Assembly: GCA_965249485.1 (NCBI GenBank)
Contig: CBDFMG010000005.1
Span: 1-64,000 of the forward strand
DNA from: a bacterium
GTDB taxonomy: Bacteria > SM23-31
Length of the DNA: 64,000 bases
Direction of reading: 5' to 3'
The notes under the pieces were generated by a model. It did not search any database. It saw nothing but the letters and a program-made list of their open reading frames with translations, and was not told where the DNA came from. The translations under genes and the position numbers were made by a program. This document shows positions 12,097 to 22,728 of this stretch, piece by piece. The first letter of the stretch is position 1. Each line of letters opens with the position of its first letter.

Positions 12097-12810
12097 ATGA
12101 TGAAAAGCCTTGTAATTAGGACAAAAAAAGAATATCTTGAGCTAGTTCCACGTCCATCAAAAGAGGATTATAAGAGTCTCAAAAATTCCATTGAAAATGA
12201 CGGACAACATTTACCAATAACAGTTAATCAAAATGGAGTAATCCTTGATGGGCATACACGCAATGATGTTTGTAAGGAATTAGGAATTAAACCAATTTTT
12301 GAGGTTATGAAGTTCGATGATGAGTTTGATGAAAAACGTTTTGTGGTAACTACTAATCTTTCCAGAAGGTCGCTTAATCTGTTTCAAAAAGGAGAAATTT
12401 TACAAGTTTGGTGGAATGAACAAAGAGAATTAGGCTTCAAAGCTAGAGGGAGTCATACACGGAAAACTAGACGTGGTAAAAAATACAAAACAAAACAACG
12501 GTTGCATATGCAAGTTGCAAAAATGCTTGGATGTGCCCATACAACAGCTTATAGGATTTTCTGGTTGATTAACAATGCACCTGAGAAAATAAAACGAATG
12601 CTCAGAAAGGGAACAATTACAATTGGTGCTGCATATACAAAACTTTACAAAAATGGAAAACTGGTAGGATATTGCAAAAAATACAACAGATCAAACCAAA
12701 ACAGATATCCTGTCTGTATTAGATGTGAATCAAAAACAGCAAAGCCAGAAAAAACAAAATGTCATGTACATACTCAACAGTGCTGCACTGAATGTGGGTG
12801 GGGGTTCTAA
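12097..12810 (+). CDS. ParB/Srx-domain protein with C-terminal Cys/His Zn-binding motif
   Basis: LKNSIENDGQHLPITV...ILDGHTR...NLSRRSL; CIRC..CHVH..CCTECGWG. Confidence 0.8.
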   Translation: MMKSLVIRTKKEYLELVPRPSKEDYKSLKNSIENDGQHLPITVNQNGVILDGHTRNDVCKELGIKPIFEVMKFDDEFDEKRFVVTTNLSRRSLNLFQKGEILQVWWNEQRELGFKARGSHTRKTRRGKKYKTKQRLHMQVAKMLGCAHTTAYRIFWLINNAPEKIKRMLRKGTITIGAAYTKLYKNGKLVGYCKKYNRSNQNRYPVCIRCESKTAKPEKTKCHVHTQQCCTECGWGF

Positions 12811-13553
12811 TGTTAATTCCTACAAATTGTATTTTAAAAATAGATGAGGATTACTTGGATTTGGTTCCACGTCCTACAAATGAGGAACGTCAGATACTGA
12901 AATTTTCAATAATGGATGATGGTCAACATGTGCCAATCATTGCAAGCAGAAAACACATTATTTTAGATGGACATACCAGATCAGAGATATGTGAAGAACT
13001 TCATATAAAGCCAAAATATGTTATCAAGAGATTTAATTCAGTGGAGGATGAGAGAAAATTTGTTATTCTTTCAAATCTTGCAAGACGCAACCTAACAAAA
13101 TTTCAAAAAATAGAACTTGCATGGGAGATTTATGAGAACGAGAAAAAACGTGCATATGATAGAATTCATTGGAAGTGCAATCCAGATCTAGCAAACATAG
13201 ACAAGAAAACTGGAAAAATACTCAGCATAAAACATAAAATCAGAGAGGGTCGTGCTATGGAGATTTTTGCAAAATACATGGGAACAGGGCACACCGTAAT
13301 ACATCAGATAGAATGGTTGAAAAATAATGCCGACAAATCAATGCTAAAGAAATTAAGAAATAATGAAATCTCTATTGCAAGAGCATATTATTTTGTTAAA
13401 GGAATGAAATTTACAAGGGCAAGAAAGAAGCCATTTACAAGTCCTAAAGAATGCCCAGAATGTGGTTACAATATCAGAAAAGCTAAACTAAAACTCAGAA
13501 AATGTCATGTTCACAAATGGTATTGCTGTAAAAATTGTAGATGGGGAATATGA
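12810..13553 (+). CDS. ParB/Srx-domain protein, paralog of the preceding gene
   Basis: SIMDDGQHVPII..ILDGHTR..NLARRNL; CPEC..CHVH..CCKNCRWG; ATG overlaps the previous stop. Confidence 0.8.
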   Translation: MLIPTNCILKIDEDYLDLVPRPTNEERQILKFSIMDDGQHVPIIASRKHIILDGHTRSEICEELHIKPKYVIKRFNSVEDERKFVILSNLARRNLTKFQKIELAWEIYENEKKRAYDRIHWKCNPDLANIDKKTGKILSIKHKIREGRAMEIFAKYMGTGHTVIHQIEWLKNNADKSMLKKLRNNEISIARAYYFVKGMKFTRARKKPFTSPKECPECGYNIRKAKLKLRKCHVHKWYCCKNCRWGI

Positions 13554-13579
13554 TGAAAGCAAAGGAGTTTGAATAGATG
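13553..13579 (+). repeat. recurrent intergenic linker ATGAAAGCAAAGGAGTTTGAA(T/A)A...ATG containing an RBS; other copies at 13843, 25879, 29133, 29644, 30551, 32424
   Basis: Seven copies read directly, each just ahead of an ATG. Confidence 0.8.
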
Positions 13580-13834
13580 GATAAAAGAACTTCCAAAGGC
13601 AAAAAATTTTCAAAACTTCAAACCCATGAAGAAAAGATGTTGTTTTTACTTGAAGGAATATACGACGAAGTAAGATCTACACGATACGGGATTCTGTCTA
13701 AGATGTCAGACAGTGACTCAATCCTGAAAAAAATACTAGAAACAAACATCCAGATTATGGAGGTAACAAACACAGGTAGGTTTTGGCCTGACGAGTACGT
13801 CATGGAACTGAAAAAACAGGTGAGTTGCCTTTGA
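13577..13834 (+). CDS. hypothetical protein
   Basis: Follows the linker RBS; N-terminus resembles the 29157 ORF (KGK.FSKLQ). Confidence 0.5.
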   Translation: MDKRTSKGKKFSKLQTHEEKMLFLLEGIYDEVRSTRYGILSKMSDSDSILKKILETNIQIMEVTNTGRFWPDEYVMELKKQVSCL

Positions 13835-13869
13835 ATGACAGAATGAAAGTAAAGGAGTTTGAAAAATAG

Positions 13870-14088
13870 ATGACACCTGAACTAAAAGGCAAATTACCTT
13901 GCCAAAATTATGGCCATCACTGCCTGAATACTACTGTCGCAGAATGTGACCTGGGAAACGGCAGAGGCGTGAAACTGTACTGTCGTTCCTGCATTGAAAA
14001 CTCTTCGGGTGATTGTGATATTGATGATTGTGAGGTTGATGATACGCTAGTATTTTGTAAAAGAGAATGGGAGCTGCAGGGTAAATGA
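13870..14088 (+). CDS. small Cys-rich protein
   Basis: Follows the linker RBS; several Cys. Confidence 0.45.
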   Translation: MTPELKGKLPCQNYGHHCLNTTVAECDLGNGRGVKLYCRSCIENSSGDCDIDDCEVDDTLVFCKREWELQGK

Positions 14089-14236
14089 CAGATATGCCAA
14101 ATGATAATTTATGTGAATTTTGCAATCACCCAAAAGATAAGCACGCTTTTGATATTGTGGTCTCTAGAAAAATTCACTGTGAAGTATCCTGTGTGGTTTG
14201 TTTTGATTTAGAGAGACTAAAAAGGAGAAAAATAAA

Positions 14237-14530
14237 ATGAACGATAAAACATATGACTGCCTAAATGAGGATTTTCTTGCACGCTGCAGAGCAATTACAA
14301 ACCACTATGAATCCAAAAAAGGTACATGGCCAGCTAAAGATCAAATACTGAAAATATATGAAGAGGTTGCAGAAATACACAAAGCCAAAGACTGCCACAG
14401 TATGATCAAAGAGTGTTGTGACACAATACTTGCAGTGATCACGTTGCTTGATTTGGTGGGCTTACCTCATTCCAAAATAAATCAGGTTATGGAAAAAACA
14501 CTACAAAAGGTGGAGGCCAGAATGAAATGA
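14237..14530 (+). CDS. MazG-like nucleotide pyrophosphohydrolase
   Basis: KIYEEVAE...IKECCD pattern (EExxE...ExxD); AAGGAG RBS. Confidence 0.55.
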   Translation: MNDKTYDCLNEDFLARCRAITNHYESKKGTWPAKDQILKIYEEVAEIHKAKDCHSMIKECCDTILAVITLLDLVGLPHSKINQVMEKTLQKVEARMK

Positions 14531-15291
14531 AACAATTCTACAAGGTAGCCAGACCAGACGGTTTTGATTTTCACACAAACACAATAAACTATCGCACAAA
14601 CATAGGAAAGACAATCACAAATCCAAATAAGACAGAATCAAAGGAACTCTGCACAGCAGATCTAATCCATGCGTCAGAGTTTTTCTTTGATGCTCTATAC
14701 TATGGTGATCTCCCATGCTCGATATTTCTGGTAGAGGGAATACCAGTGTCAAAACAGAGTGACAAGGCAGGATTCAAGGAACTAAAGATAGTAAAAGAGA
14801 TACCAACTGCCAACTGGCAAAATGCGTTTTATTCGTTAGTGATATGGATGCTAAAAGATTTGAAAAATAACTTTGACTGTAAAATACATAAAAAGGCAAC
14901 AGATGCAGTCAACCAAGCCATCCAGGTTTTCGTGAATGCGCAAAAAACAGGAAAGATAGACGTGTCTGCTGCTGAGTCTATTGAGGCTACTGCTAGGTCT
15001 GCTGGGTTTGCTTTGTCTGTTGGGGCTACTGCTAGGTCTGCTAGGTTTGCTGATTTGTCTGTTGAGTATGCTATTTTGTCTGTTGAGTATGCTTTGTCTG
15101 CTTTGTCTGCTAGGTCTGCTACGTCTGCTGAGTATGCTGCTTGGTCTGCTGAGTATGCTGCTTGGTCTGCTGAGTATGCTGCTTTGTCTGCTAGGTCTGC
15201 TACTTTGTCTGTTGAGTATACTGCTAGGTCTGCTGAGGCTGCTAAAAAGAAGGAACTCTCAGATAAATTCATAGGGCTGTTAGAGGAGTAG
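14527..15291 (+). CDS. Ala/Ser-rich variable-repeat family protein, copy 1
   Basis: Conserved MKQFYKVARPDGFDF N-domain, modular low-complexity region, AKKKELSDKFIGLLE end. Confidence 0.8.
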   Translation: MKQFYKVARPDGFDFHTNTINYRTNIGKTITNPNKTESKELCTADLIHASEFFFDALYYGDLPCSIFLVEGIPVSKQSDKAGFKELKIVKEIPTANWQNAFYSLVIWMLKDLKNNFDCKIHKKATDAVNQAIQVFVNAQKTGKIDVSAAESIEATARSAGFALSVGATARSARFADLSVEYAILSVEYALSALSARSATSAEYAAWSAEYAAWSAEYAALSARSATLSVEYTARSAEAAKKKELSDKFIGLLEE

Positions 15292-15293
15292 AA

Positions 15294-16649
15294 ATGAAAC
15301 AATTCTACAAGGTAGCCAGACCAGACGGTTTTGATTTTTGCACAAACACAATAAACTATCGCATAAACATAGGAAAGACAGTCTCAAATCCAAAGAAGAC
15401 AGAATCAAAGGAACTCTGCACAGCAGATGTAATCCATGCGTCAGAGTTTTTCTTTGATGCTCTGAGTTACGGTGATCTCCCATGCTCGATATTTCTGGTA
15501 GAGGGAATACCAGTGTCAAAACAGAGTGACAAGGCAGGATTCAAGGAACTAAAGATAGTAAAAGAGATACCAACTGCCAACTGGCAAAATGCATTTCACT
15601 CGTTAGTGATATGGATGCTCGAGGATTTGAAAAATAACTTTGACTGTAAAAAAGAAAAAAATGTAACAGGTGCAGTCAACCAAGCCATCCAGGTTTTTGT
15701 GAATGCACAAAAAACAGGAAAGATAGACGTGTTTGCTGCTTTGTCTGCTGCTTTGTCTGCTGCTGAGGCTGCTGCTGAGGCTACTAGGTTTGCTACTTTG
15801 TCTGCTGAGTATTCTGGGTATACTACTTTGTCTGTTGAGTATGCTAGGTTTGCTTTGTCTGCCGAGGCTGCTGCTTTGTCTGCTAGGTTTGCTTTGGTTG
15901 TTGGGGCTACTGCTAGGTCTGCTAGGTTTGCCGCTTTGTCTGTTAACTATGCTGCTAGGTCTGTTGGGTTTGCTGCTAAGTCTGTTGAGTTTGCTAGATC
16001 TGCTGGGTTTGCTGCTAAGTCTGTTGAGTTTGCTAGATCTGCTGGGTCTGCTGCTTTGTATGCTAAAAAGAAGGAACTCTCAGATAAATTCATAGGGCTG
16101 TTAGAGGGAGAATCCCAAAAGTACAGTACACAGCGAGGTAAGTGTGATCAACTCATTGGTGAAATCAAAAAATATGGTGGGGAACAGATGTGTAACAAAA
16201 AAATGAAACCAATTCAAAATAATCCCGTCACAATCAATGTTCGAATAGATAAAACACAAAATCCCGATTACCTCATTTTTCAAATTGAGAACATGGAAAA
16301 AAAGATTTCATTTGATAGATATAATGAACTTAATATGAGTATTGATTTTGATAGTGAACTAATTGGAATTGGTAGACAATATAACTCTCAGATATCTCAT
16401 AAATTAATTTATCCAGATAATACAAAAAAGACAAATGTGAATGAACAATACAAGATTATTTTCGTAAAAGACCTTAATCATGGAGGGTATGATGGCGAAG
16501 TAGTGTTAGAATTCCAACAACAAAAGAATGGTTCACTTTCTGGCAAGATGCAATTTTATGACATCTATCAAACTAATCAACTTGTTGTTGATTTTGAAAA
16601 AAAACAGATAAAATTCCTTAATGCGACATTTGAGGCTAATGCATTATGA
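15294..16649 (+). CDS. variable-repeat family copy 2, fused in frame to the downstream hypothetical gene (same as 17436-17897)
   Basis: Family sequence up to GLLE, then read-through into MCNKKMKP... Confidence 0.7.
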   Translation: MKQFYKVARPDGFDFCTNTINYRINIGKTVSNPKKTESKELCTADVIHASEFFFDALSYGDLPCSIFLVEGIPVSKQSDKAGFKELKIVKEIPTANWQNAFHSLVIWMLEDLKNNFDCKKEKNVTGAVNQAIQVFVNAQKTGKIDVFAALSAALSAAEAAAEATRFATLSAEYSGYTTLSVEYARFALSAEAAALSARFALVVGATARSARFAALSVNYAARSVGFAAKSVEFARSAGFAAKSVEFARSAGSAALYAKKKELSDKFIGLLEGESQKYSTQRGKCDQLIGEIKKYGGEQMCNKKMKPIQNNPVTINVRIDKTQNPDYLIFQIENMEKKISFDRYNELNMSIDFDSELIGIGRQYNSQISHKLIYPDNTKKTNVNEQYKIIFVKDLNHGGYDGEVVLEFQQQKNGSLSGKMQFYDIYQTNQLVVDFEKKQIKFLNATFEANAL

Positions 16650-16939
16650 AATGTGCCATCAAACAGATTCCAGAACTCATCAAGGATCTATCCGAAATGT
16701 TCACCACCCATAACTAATTGACTAATGTTTCAACCAGAAAGACAGAGCCCCAATGTTCAAATATCCGATGGCAGTTTACTGCATCTTCTGGAGGAATTCC
16801 TTGAGACCTGAAAAAAAGTATACTTTGATTGCCACAACTGCAATTCTAGGAGTCATGATAGTCATGATTTCAGGATACTTTCGGGTATGCAGGGACTGTT
16901 TCTAATGTCTGAATTTAAAAGACATTGTTGTGGTCGTAA

Positions 16940-17347
16940 TTGTTGGTTTTGGTGTCCAGTATGAGTACGGAGACAGCGGATCAGTCAAAGGAGAGAAAGA
17001 AAAATGACATGCTGTTCAGGGATTTGCTAGCAAAGGCAACAGATGCATTTTCAAAATCCAATCTTGGAGGACATGAAACCACAACATGCACAGGAATCAC
17101 AACAAGATTTGAAAGAATTGGCAATAAAAAAGAACTCATAATGAGCGTATGCAAAGAATTAGAAGATGAGATATCAGAGTATTTCAGTGACAAGGACACT
17201 CCATATTATCTCGGAATTAGAAGTGTCGATATTTGCTTTGTAAAAAACAAGGATGAGTATGAAAACGGCGATACAGATTCAGATCGTATAGATTGTGAAA
17301 TTTGGGAAAAATCAAGTGAAAATGAATATGAAGATAAGAAGAAATGA
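16940..17347 (+). CDS. hypothetical acidic protein (duplicated at 18188-18595; true start probably ATG 16961)
   Basis: 135-aa ORF present in both units. Confidence 0.55.
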   Translation: MLVLVSSMSTETADQSKERKKNDMLFRDLLAKATDAFSKSNLGGHETTTCTGITTRFERIGNKKELIMSVCKELEDEISEYFSDKDTPYYLGIRSVDICFVKNKDEYENGDTDSDRIDCEIWEKSSENEYEDKKK

Positions 17348-17435
17348 CGACATCTGAGAATCCCAAAAGTACAGTACACAGCGAGGTAAGTGTGATCAAC
17401 TCATTGGTGAAATCAAAAAATATGGTGGGGAACAG

Positions 17436-17897
17436 ATGTGTAACAAAAAAATGAAACCAATTCAAAATAATCCCGTCACAATCAATGTTCGAATAGATAA
17501 AACACAAAATCCCGATTACCTCATTTTTCAAATTGAGAACATGGAAAAAAAGATTTCATTTGATAGATATAATGAACTTAATATGAGTATTGATTTTGAT
17601 AGTGAACTAATTGGAATTGGTAGACAATATAACTCTCAGATATCTCATAAATTAATTTATCCAGATAATACAAAAAAGACAAATGTGAATGAACAATACA
17701 AGATTATTTTCGTAAAAGACCTTAATCATGGAGGGTATGATGGCGAAGTAGTGTTAGAATTCCAACAACAAAAGAATGGTTCACTTTCTGGCAAGATGCA
17801 ATTTTATGACATCTATCAAACTAATCAACTTGTTGTTGATTTTGAAAAAAAACAGATAAAATTCCTTAATGCGACATTTGAGGCTAATGCATTATGA
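17436..17897 (+). CDS. hypothetical protein
   Basis: 153-aa ORF, also present as the fused tail of 15294-16649. Confidence 0.55.
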   Translation: MCNKKMKPIQNNPVTINVRIDKTQNPDYLIFQIENMEKKISFDRYNELNMSIDFDSELIGIGRQYNSQISHKLIYPDNTKKTNVNEQYKIIFVKDLNHGGYDGEVVLEFQQQKNGSLSGKMQFYDIYQTNQLVVDFEKKQIKFLNATFEANAL

Positions 17898-18187
17898 AAT
17901 GTGCCATCAAACAGATTCCAGAACTCATCAAGGATCTATCCGAAATGTTCACCACCCATAACTAATTGACTAATGTTTCAACCAGAAAGACAGAGCCCCA
18001 ATGTTCAAATATCCGATGGCAGTTTACTGCATCTTCTGGAGGAATTCCTTGAGACCTGAAAAAAAGTATACTTTGATTGCCACAACTGCAATTCTAGGAG
18101 TCATGATAGTCATGATTTCAGGATACTTTCGGGTATGCAGGGACTGTTTCTAATGTCTGAATTTAAAAGACATTGTTGTGGTCGTAA

Positions 18188-18595
18188 TTGTTGGTTTTGG
18201 TGTCCAGTATGAGTACGGAGACAGCGGATCAGTCAAAGGAGAGAAAGAAAAATGACATGCTGTTCAGGGATTTGCTAGCAAAGGCAACAGATGCATTTTC
18301 AAAATCCAATCTTGGAGGACATGAAACCACAACATGCACAGGAATCACAACAAGATTTGAAAGAATTGGCAATAAAAAAGAACTCATAATGAGCGTATGC
18401 AAAGAATTAGAAGATGAGATATCAGAGTATTTCAGTGACAAGGACACTCCATATTATCTCGGAATTAGAAGTGTCGATATTTGCTTTGTAAAAAACAAGG
18501 ATGAGTATGAAAACGGCGATACAGATTCAGATCGTATAGATTGTGAAATTTGGGAAAAATCAAGTGAAAATGAATATGAAGATAAGAAGAAATGA
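18188..18595 (+). CDS. hypothetical acidic protein, duplicate
   Basis: Identical translation to 16940-17347. Confidence 0.55.
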   Translation: MLVLVSSMSTETADQSKERKKNDMLFRDLLAKATDAFSKSNLGGHETTTCTGITTRFERIGNKKELIMSVCKELEDEISEYFSDKDTPYYLGIRSVDICFVKNKDEYENGDTDSDRIDCEIWEKSSENEYEDKKK

Positions 18596-18606
18596 CGACA
18601 TCTGAG

Positions 18607-19540
18607 AATCCCAAATAATTAAATGGTAAAAACACTTCCGTTCACACAAAGTCAGTTTGCAGTTACAGTTGGAATCATAGTCTTTGTGGTGAGTTTAACA
18701 TATCTTTTGTTTTTTAATGATGATCTCTTACTGACAGTAGGTGTCATAATTTCTGGTATTATTTTATTATTTATTATCAGAGTTGCAATGCATCTTTTCG
18801 TTACAAAACATCTACGATTCAAAAAAGATTGATTGATTCTTGGCAAGATTAGGTTCAAAAAACAAAACAGCACGAATCCAAAATAAGAACACTTTGCAAA
18901 AACAAAAATCCCAAATAATTAAATGGTAAAAACACTTCCGTTCACACAAAGTCAGTTTGCAGTTACAGTTGGAATCATAGTCTTTGTGGTGAGTTTAACA
19001 TATCTTTTGTTTTTTAATGATGATCTCTTACTGACAGTAGGTGTCATAATTTCTGGCATTATTTTATTATTTATTATCAGAGTTGCAATGCATCTTTTCG
19101 TTACAAAACATCTACGATTCAAAGAAGATTGATTGATTCTTGGCAAGATTAGGTTCAAAAAACAAAACAGCACGAATCCAAAATAAGAACACTTTGCAAA
19201 AACAAAAATCCCAAATAATTAAATGACAAAAACACTTCCGTTCACACGAGAGGGGTTTGAAGACGCAATCTTAATTGCAATTGCAATCATAGCAATTATA
19301 GTCTTTGTGGTGAGTTTAACGTATCTTTTGTTTTTTAATGATGAACCCTTACTGACAGTTGGTGCCATGGCAGGTGTCATAATTTCTGGTATTTTTTTAT
19401 TACTTATTATCGGAACTGCAATGTAACTTTTCGTTACAAAACATCTACGATTCAAAAAAGATTGATTGATTCTTGGCAAGATTAGGTTCAAAAAACAAAA
19501 CAGCACGAATCCAAAATAAGAACACTTTGCAAAAACAAAA
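18607..19540 (+). repeat. three tandem ~300-bp units, each with a 2-TM small membrane protein gene and the 5' end of the ParB-MTase gene
   Basis: ORFs start at 18623, 18923 and 19223; copies 1 and 2 differ by SNPs, copy 3 is diverged. Confidence 0.9.
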
Positions 19541-20798
19541 AACATCTACGCTAAAAGCATCAGAAATAAAGACATCAAAGGCGTACCAAAAGAGAATACC
19601 AAGGCAGACAGCAGAGGAAAGAGACCGTATGAAAATAAACATACAGAAGCATGGCATTGAAAAACCGTTGGAAATTAGTATGCTTACGGGTCTGTTGGTT
19701 GACGGACACGAGCGATTTGTCGTGGGACAGATGGCAGGAATAGAGCAGTTCCCAGTCACATACAAAAACTTTTCATCAAAACTAAATGAGCTGCAGTATA
19801 TCATAAATAATAACCTGTGCAGGAGAAACCTGTCAACTTGGTGGGTTGGCAAACTCAATCATGATAACGTCGAACTGCAAAGAAAACTCGCAAAGGGCAG
19901 ACAGAGGCTTGGAGGAAAAATGCAAGACAGTGCAGATGAAAGACAGGATACCTCTGTGCAAATTTGCACAAAGGTCAGAGGAAGATCAACAGGAATTGCA
20001 GCAAAAGGCACTGGAATCAGCCCCAGAACGCAGGATACAGTTGAGCAGATAATCGAGTACGGAGATAAGGAGATAATCTCACAATTAGACAGAGGGGTAA
20101 TCACACCCCATAAGGCTGAAAAAGCAATCCGTCAAAAAGAGATAGAATCAAAGCCGATTCCTCCACTGCCTGCAGGGAAATTCAACCAGATAGCGGAAGA
20201 TCCAGGATGGTCGTTTATGAACAAGAACATTGGAGGTGCTGGGAAATCAGGCTCGTCGCAGAAATTCAGAACCCAGCCAACACTGGATATTGCAAAAATT
20301 CCAGTCAAAAGCATCGTAGCAGATGATGCAATACTGTACATGTGGACTACAAACCAGCACTTGGCGACTGGTTCCATGTTGATGAAAGACTTTTTGGAAA
20401 TTGCATACGGTCAGAGTCCAGAAGAGACAGAACCACTTGGCAGGATCAAAGTCGAAAGCGATGCACTGTCTGTAATGATCTGTCACGGATTCACTCCAAA
20501 ACATATCATTACCTGGGAGAAGGAAAAAAAAGAAGGTTGGGGAGGTTATGGGTTTAACAATGTTACAGAACAACTGCTCATAGGAGTACGTGGAAACGTC
20601 AAGGCATTTGGGTTGCAAGACAAGACAATCATAAAATCAAAGTGGGATAAAAATTCACATTCAAAAAAACCGGAAGTTGCATGGCAGTTAATTGAAAAAT
20701 GCGTAAAAACACAGAGATGGAAGCACAGAAAATTAGAGATGAACTGCCGTTCCCCTAGAACAGGATGGCATCCACACGGTGATGAGGTAAACTTCTGA
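19473..20798 (+). CDS. ParB-domain / MT-A70-family adenine methyltransferase fusion
   Basis: LVDGHER..NLCRRNL ParB motifs; DPGW (DPPW variant), LYMWTTN, TEQLLIGVRG, HSKKP. Confidence 0.85.
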   Translation: MARLGSKNKTARIQNKNTLQKQKTSTLKASEIKTSKAYQKRIPRQTAEERDRMKINIQKHGIEKPLEISMLTGLLVDGHERFVVGQMAGIEQFPVTYKNFSSKLNELQYIINNNLCRRNLSTWWVGKLNHDNVELQRKLAKGRQRLGGKMQDSADERQDTSVQICTKVRGRSTGIAAKGTGISPRTQDTVEQIIEYGDKEIISQLDRGVITPHKAEKAIRQKEIESKPIPPLPAGKFNQIAEDPGWSFMNKNIGGAGKSGSSQKFRTQPTLDIAKIPVKSIVADDAILYMWTTNQHLATGSMLMKDFLEIAYGQSPEETEPLGRIKVESDALSVMICHGFTPKHIITWEKEKKEGWGGYGFNNVTEQLLIGVRGNVKAFGLQDKTIIKSKWDKNSHSKKPEVAWQLIEKCVKTQRWKHRKLEMNCRSPRTGWHPHGDEVNF

Positions 20799-21034
20799 GA
20801 ACATCAGGGGGGCAGAGGCTAAAATAGAATGAAGGAAAAAAGACTAGAACGGATGATAGAAAACTGCATCAGAATGAATGTTGATGAATTCAGAAATTAT
20901 TCCGGCAAACTGTCAAGCGATGAGAGAAAAATAATGGAAGGCGCACTGGCCATGAGATATTTCATGATGGCAAAAAAGGTGCCTGAAAATGATAGATAAA
21001 ATGGGTTCTGTCAAATTAGTGGCTCAGGGGAAAA

Positions 21035-21078
21035 GTGAACCACCACGTATAAGTACGGTGGCCTCTTCTTGCCATGTT
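21035..21078 (-). mobile_element. degenerate family-A mini-element
   Basis: Minus strand reads TTATC|AACATGGCAAGAAGAGGCCACCGTACTTATACGTGGTGGTTCAC. Confidence 0.7.
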
Positions 21079-21167
21079 GATAAAAAAGGATGCACTCCTG
21101 AAAAGGCAAATGCCATAGCAATGCAGATCATCAAAGGACAGGAGCAGTAAAGGATGGACAAATTCAG

Positions 21168-21662
21168 ATGAATGCTTGGGAACTGGTCAAAGAGAACACG
21201 TATGTGATGATTTCATTGCTACTATTTGCAAGTCTTGTTTCAATCCAATCATTTTTTCTTCAATATTTGTTTATTTTCTCAATGCCTCCTGATGTTGAAA
21301 TTACTGACGGTTATCTAGATGACATGCTAACCATGAGTTTGGTGGTTTTTGTAGTCATGTTTATTGGAACAACACCAATATTTCTACGTACATTAATCAC
21401 TCCGGCTATCAGAATAATGAAATTAAAGAACATTGAGACACGGATGAAAAAGCTGCGAAAACTAGGTACGGAGAAATTCATTCAAGTAACTAAATCAGAG
21501 TTCATCAATGCAAACAACCGTGGAGTAGAACTGTATCAAAGTAAAAGCATCATCAAAGACACAACTGTGAAATTTCTAGTCTATCGGGACACGTCAACAA
21601 ACGAGCCATACATCTCTTTTGTCCAACCTGGGCATGAAACAGCTGATGAGGCAATGGCATGA
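21168..21662 (+). CDS. hypothetical membrane protein (2 TM)
   Basis: Two hydrophobic segments in a 164-aa ORF. Confidence 0.55.
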   Translation: MNAWELVKENTYVMISLLLFASLVSIQSFFLQYLFIFSMPPDVEITDGYLDDMLTMSLVVFVVMFIGTTPIFLRTLITPAIRIMKLKNIETRMKKLRKLGTEKFIQVTKSEFINANNRGVELYQSKSIIKDTTVKFLVYRDTSTNEPYISFVQPGHETADEAMA

Positions 21663-21736
21663 AAGGATCGTCTCAGTGTTGAGCAGTACAGGAGAATGAA
21701 ATCAGAGTCATGAATTCAAAAATCAAACTAGTTTAC

Positions 21737-21907
21737 AAAAATCAAGGCAAGAAAGCCCACACCATTCAGGGTTGGGATGAATCGCCCAAAGACTTCAAGT
21801 ATCAAAAAAATATTATGATACCATTGAACAAATCAAAATTCACCTCATCAGTTGGTGTAGTGACACTGGATGCTGTGAAAAAATACATCGAGGATCAAAA
21901 GAAATGA
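21737..21907 (+). mobile_element. tnpA: IS200/IS605 family-B fragment: left end plus tnpA C-terminal stub
   Basis: TTAC|AAAAATCAAGGCAAGAAAGCCCACACC..GGGTTGGGATGAATCGCC; SKFTSSVGVVTLDAVKKYIEDQK resembles the Y1 transposase C-terminal helix. Confidence 0.75.
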
Positions 21908-22188
21908 ATCTCATAAAATATTGGAAAGAAGAAAAACCCAGCATTAAGAAGAATATAATGCTCATGCTATTATGCGGTACAGCCCTCATGATAATAGGCA
22001 GTGGGCTGGGAGAGTACTGGAAAGCCATCATTCTGGAGGAGCCAGAAATAGATTTTAAGGAAGCGTTAGGACTTTGGAATATGGCAGGGTCTATTATGCT
22101 AACTGGGATTATAGTTTATTCTATTGGACTCCTGGTGTTGCTAGATGCTGCATTACAATCTCAAGGCAAGAAAGCCCACACCCTTTAG
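21904..22188 (+). CDS. hypothetical membrane protein; C-terminus runs into an IS left end
   Basis: Two hydrophobic segments; ends QGKKAHTL, encoded by the LE. Confidence 0.5.
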   Translation: MNLIKYWKEEKPSIKKNIMLMLLCGTALMIIGSGLGEYWKAIILEEPEIDFKEALGLWNMAGSIMLTGIIVYSIGLLVLLDAALQSQGKKAHTL

Positions 22189-22705
22189 GGTTGGGATGAA
22201 TCGCCCAGAGACTTCAAGTATCAAAAAAATATTATGATGCCATCGAACAAATCAAAATTCGCCTCATCAGTCGGTGCAGTGACACTGGATGCTGTGAAAA
22301 AATACATTGAGAAACAGAAAAAATGATCCTGACATACGATATTAAACACAACAAAGATTTTTCTGCACAACTAATACAAGGCCAAAAAGCAGGGAATAGA
22401 GGTTGCATATGTCGCACCGGCATACACACAAGCCAGACTTGTAGCAGATGTGGGTCTCTGGACAACCGAAATGGAAAAAAGTTTCAATGTGTCTGCGGAC
22501 ACGCCGACCATGCAGATGTCAATGCGTCATTTAATATTGGAAAGCCAGTATCGTGTTGTTCTCCAGTGTTGCGAACACAAAACACGAGTCAGCTGTGCAA
22601 AGAAAGTGATTTGTGCAAGGGGAGCACTGACACCCCACAAGCGGCAATGTCAAAGATGATGATAGCCGCAGAACCCACGACGCTTTAGCGAGTGAAGTAT
22701 GTCAG
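22157..22705 (+). mobile_element. internally deleted IS605 family-B element (LE, tnpA stub, tnpB remnant, RE)
   Basis: TTAC upstream; TSQTCSRCG..FQCVCGHADHADVNASFNI (TnpB Zn finger and RuvC-III); RE CCCACGACGCTTTAGCGAGTG..ATGTCAG. Confidence 0.85.
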
Positions 22706-22728
22706 TAGATAGGAACAGGAATGAAGAA

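Larger units (their letters stand above)
16108..18603 (+). repeat. tandem duplication of a 1248-bp unit (16108-17355 and 17356-18603)
   Basis: Identical ORFs offset by 1248 (16940/18188); GAGAATCCCAAA at all three junctions. Confidence 0.9.
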
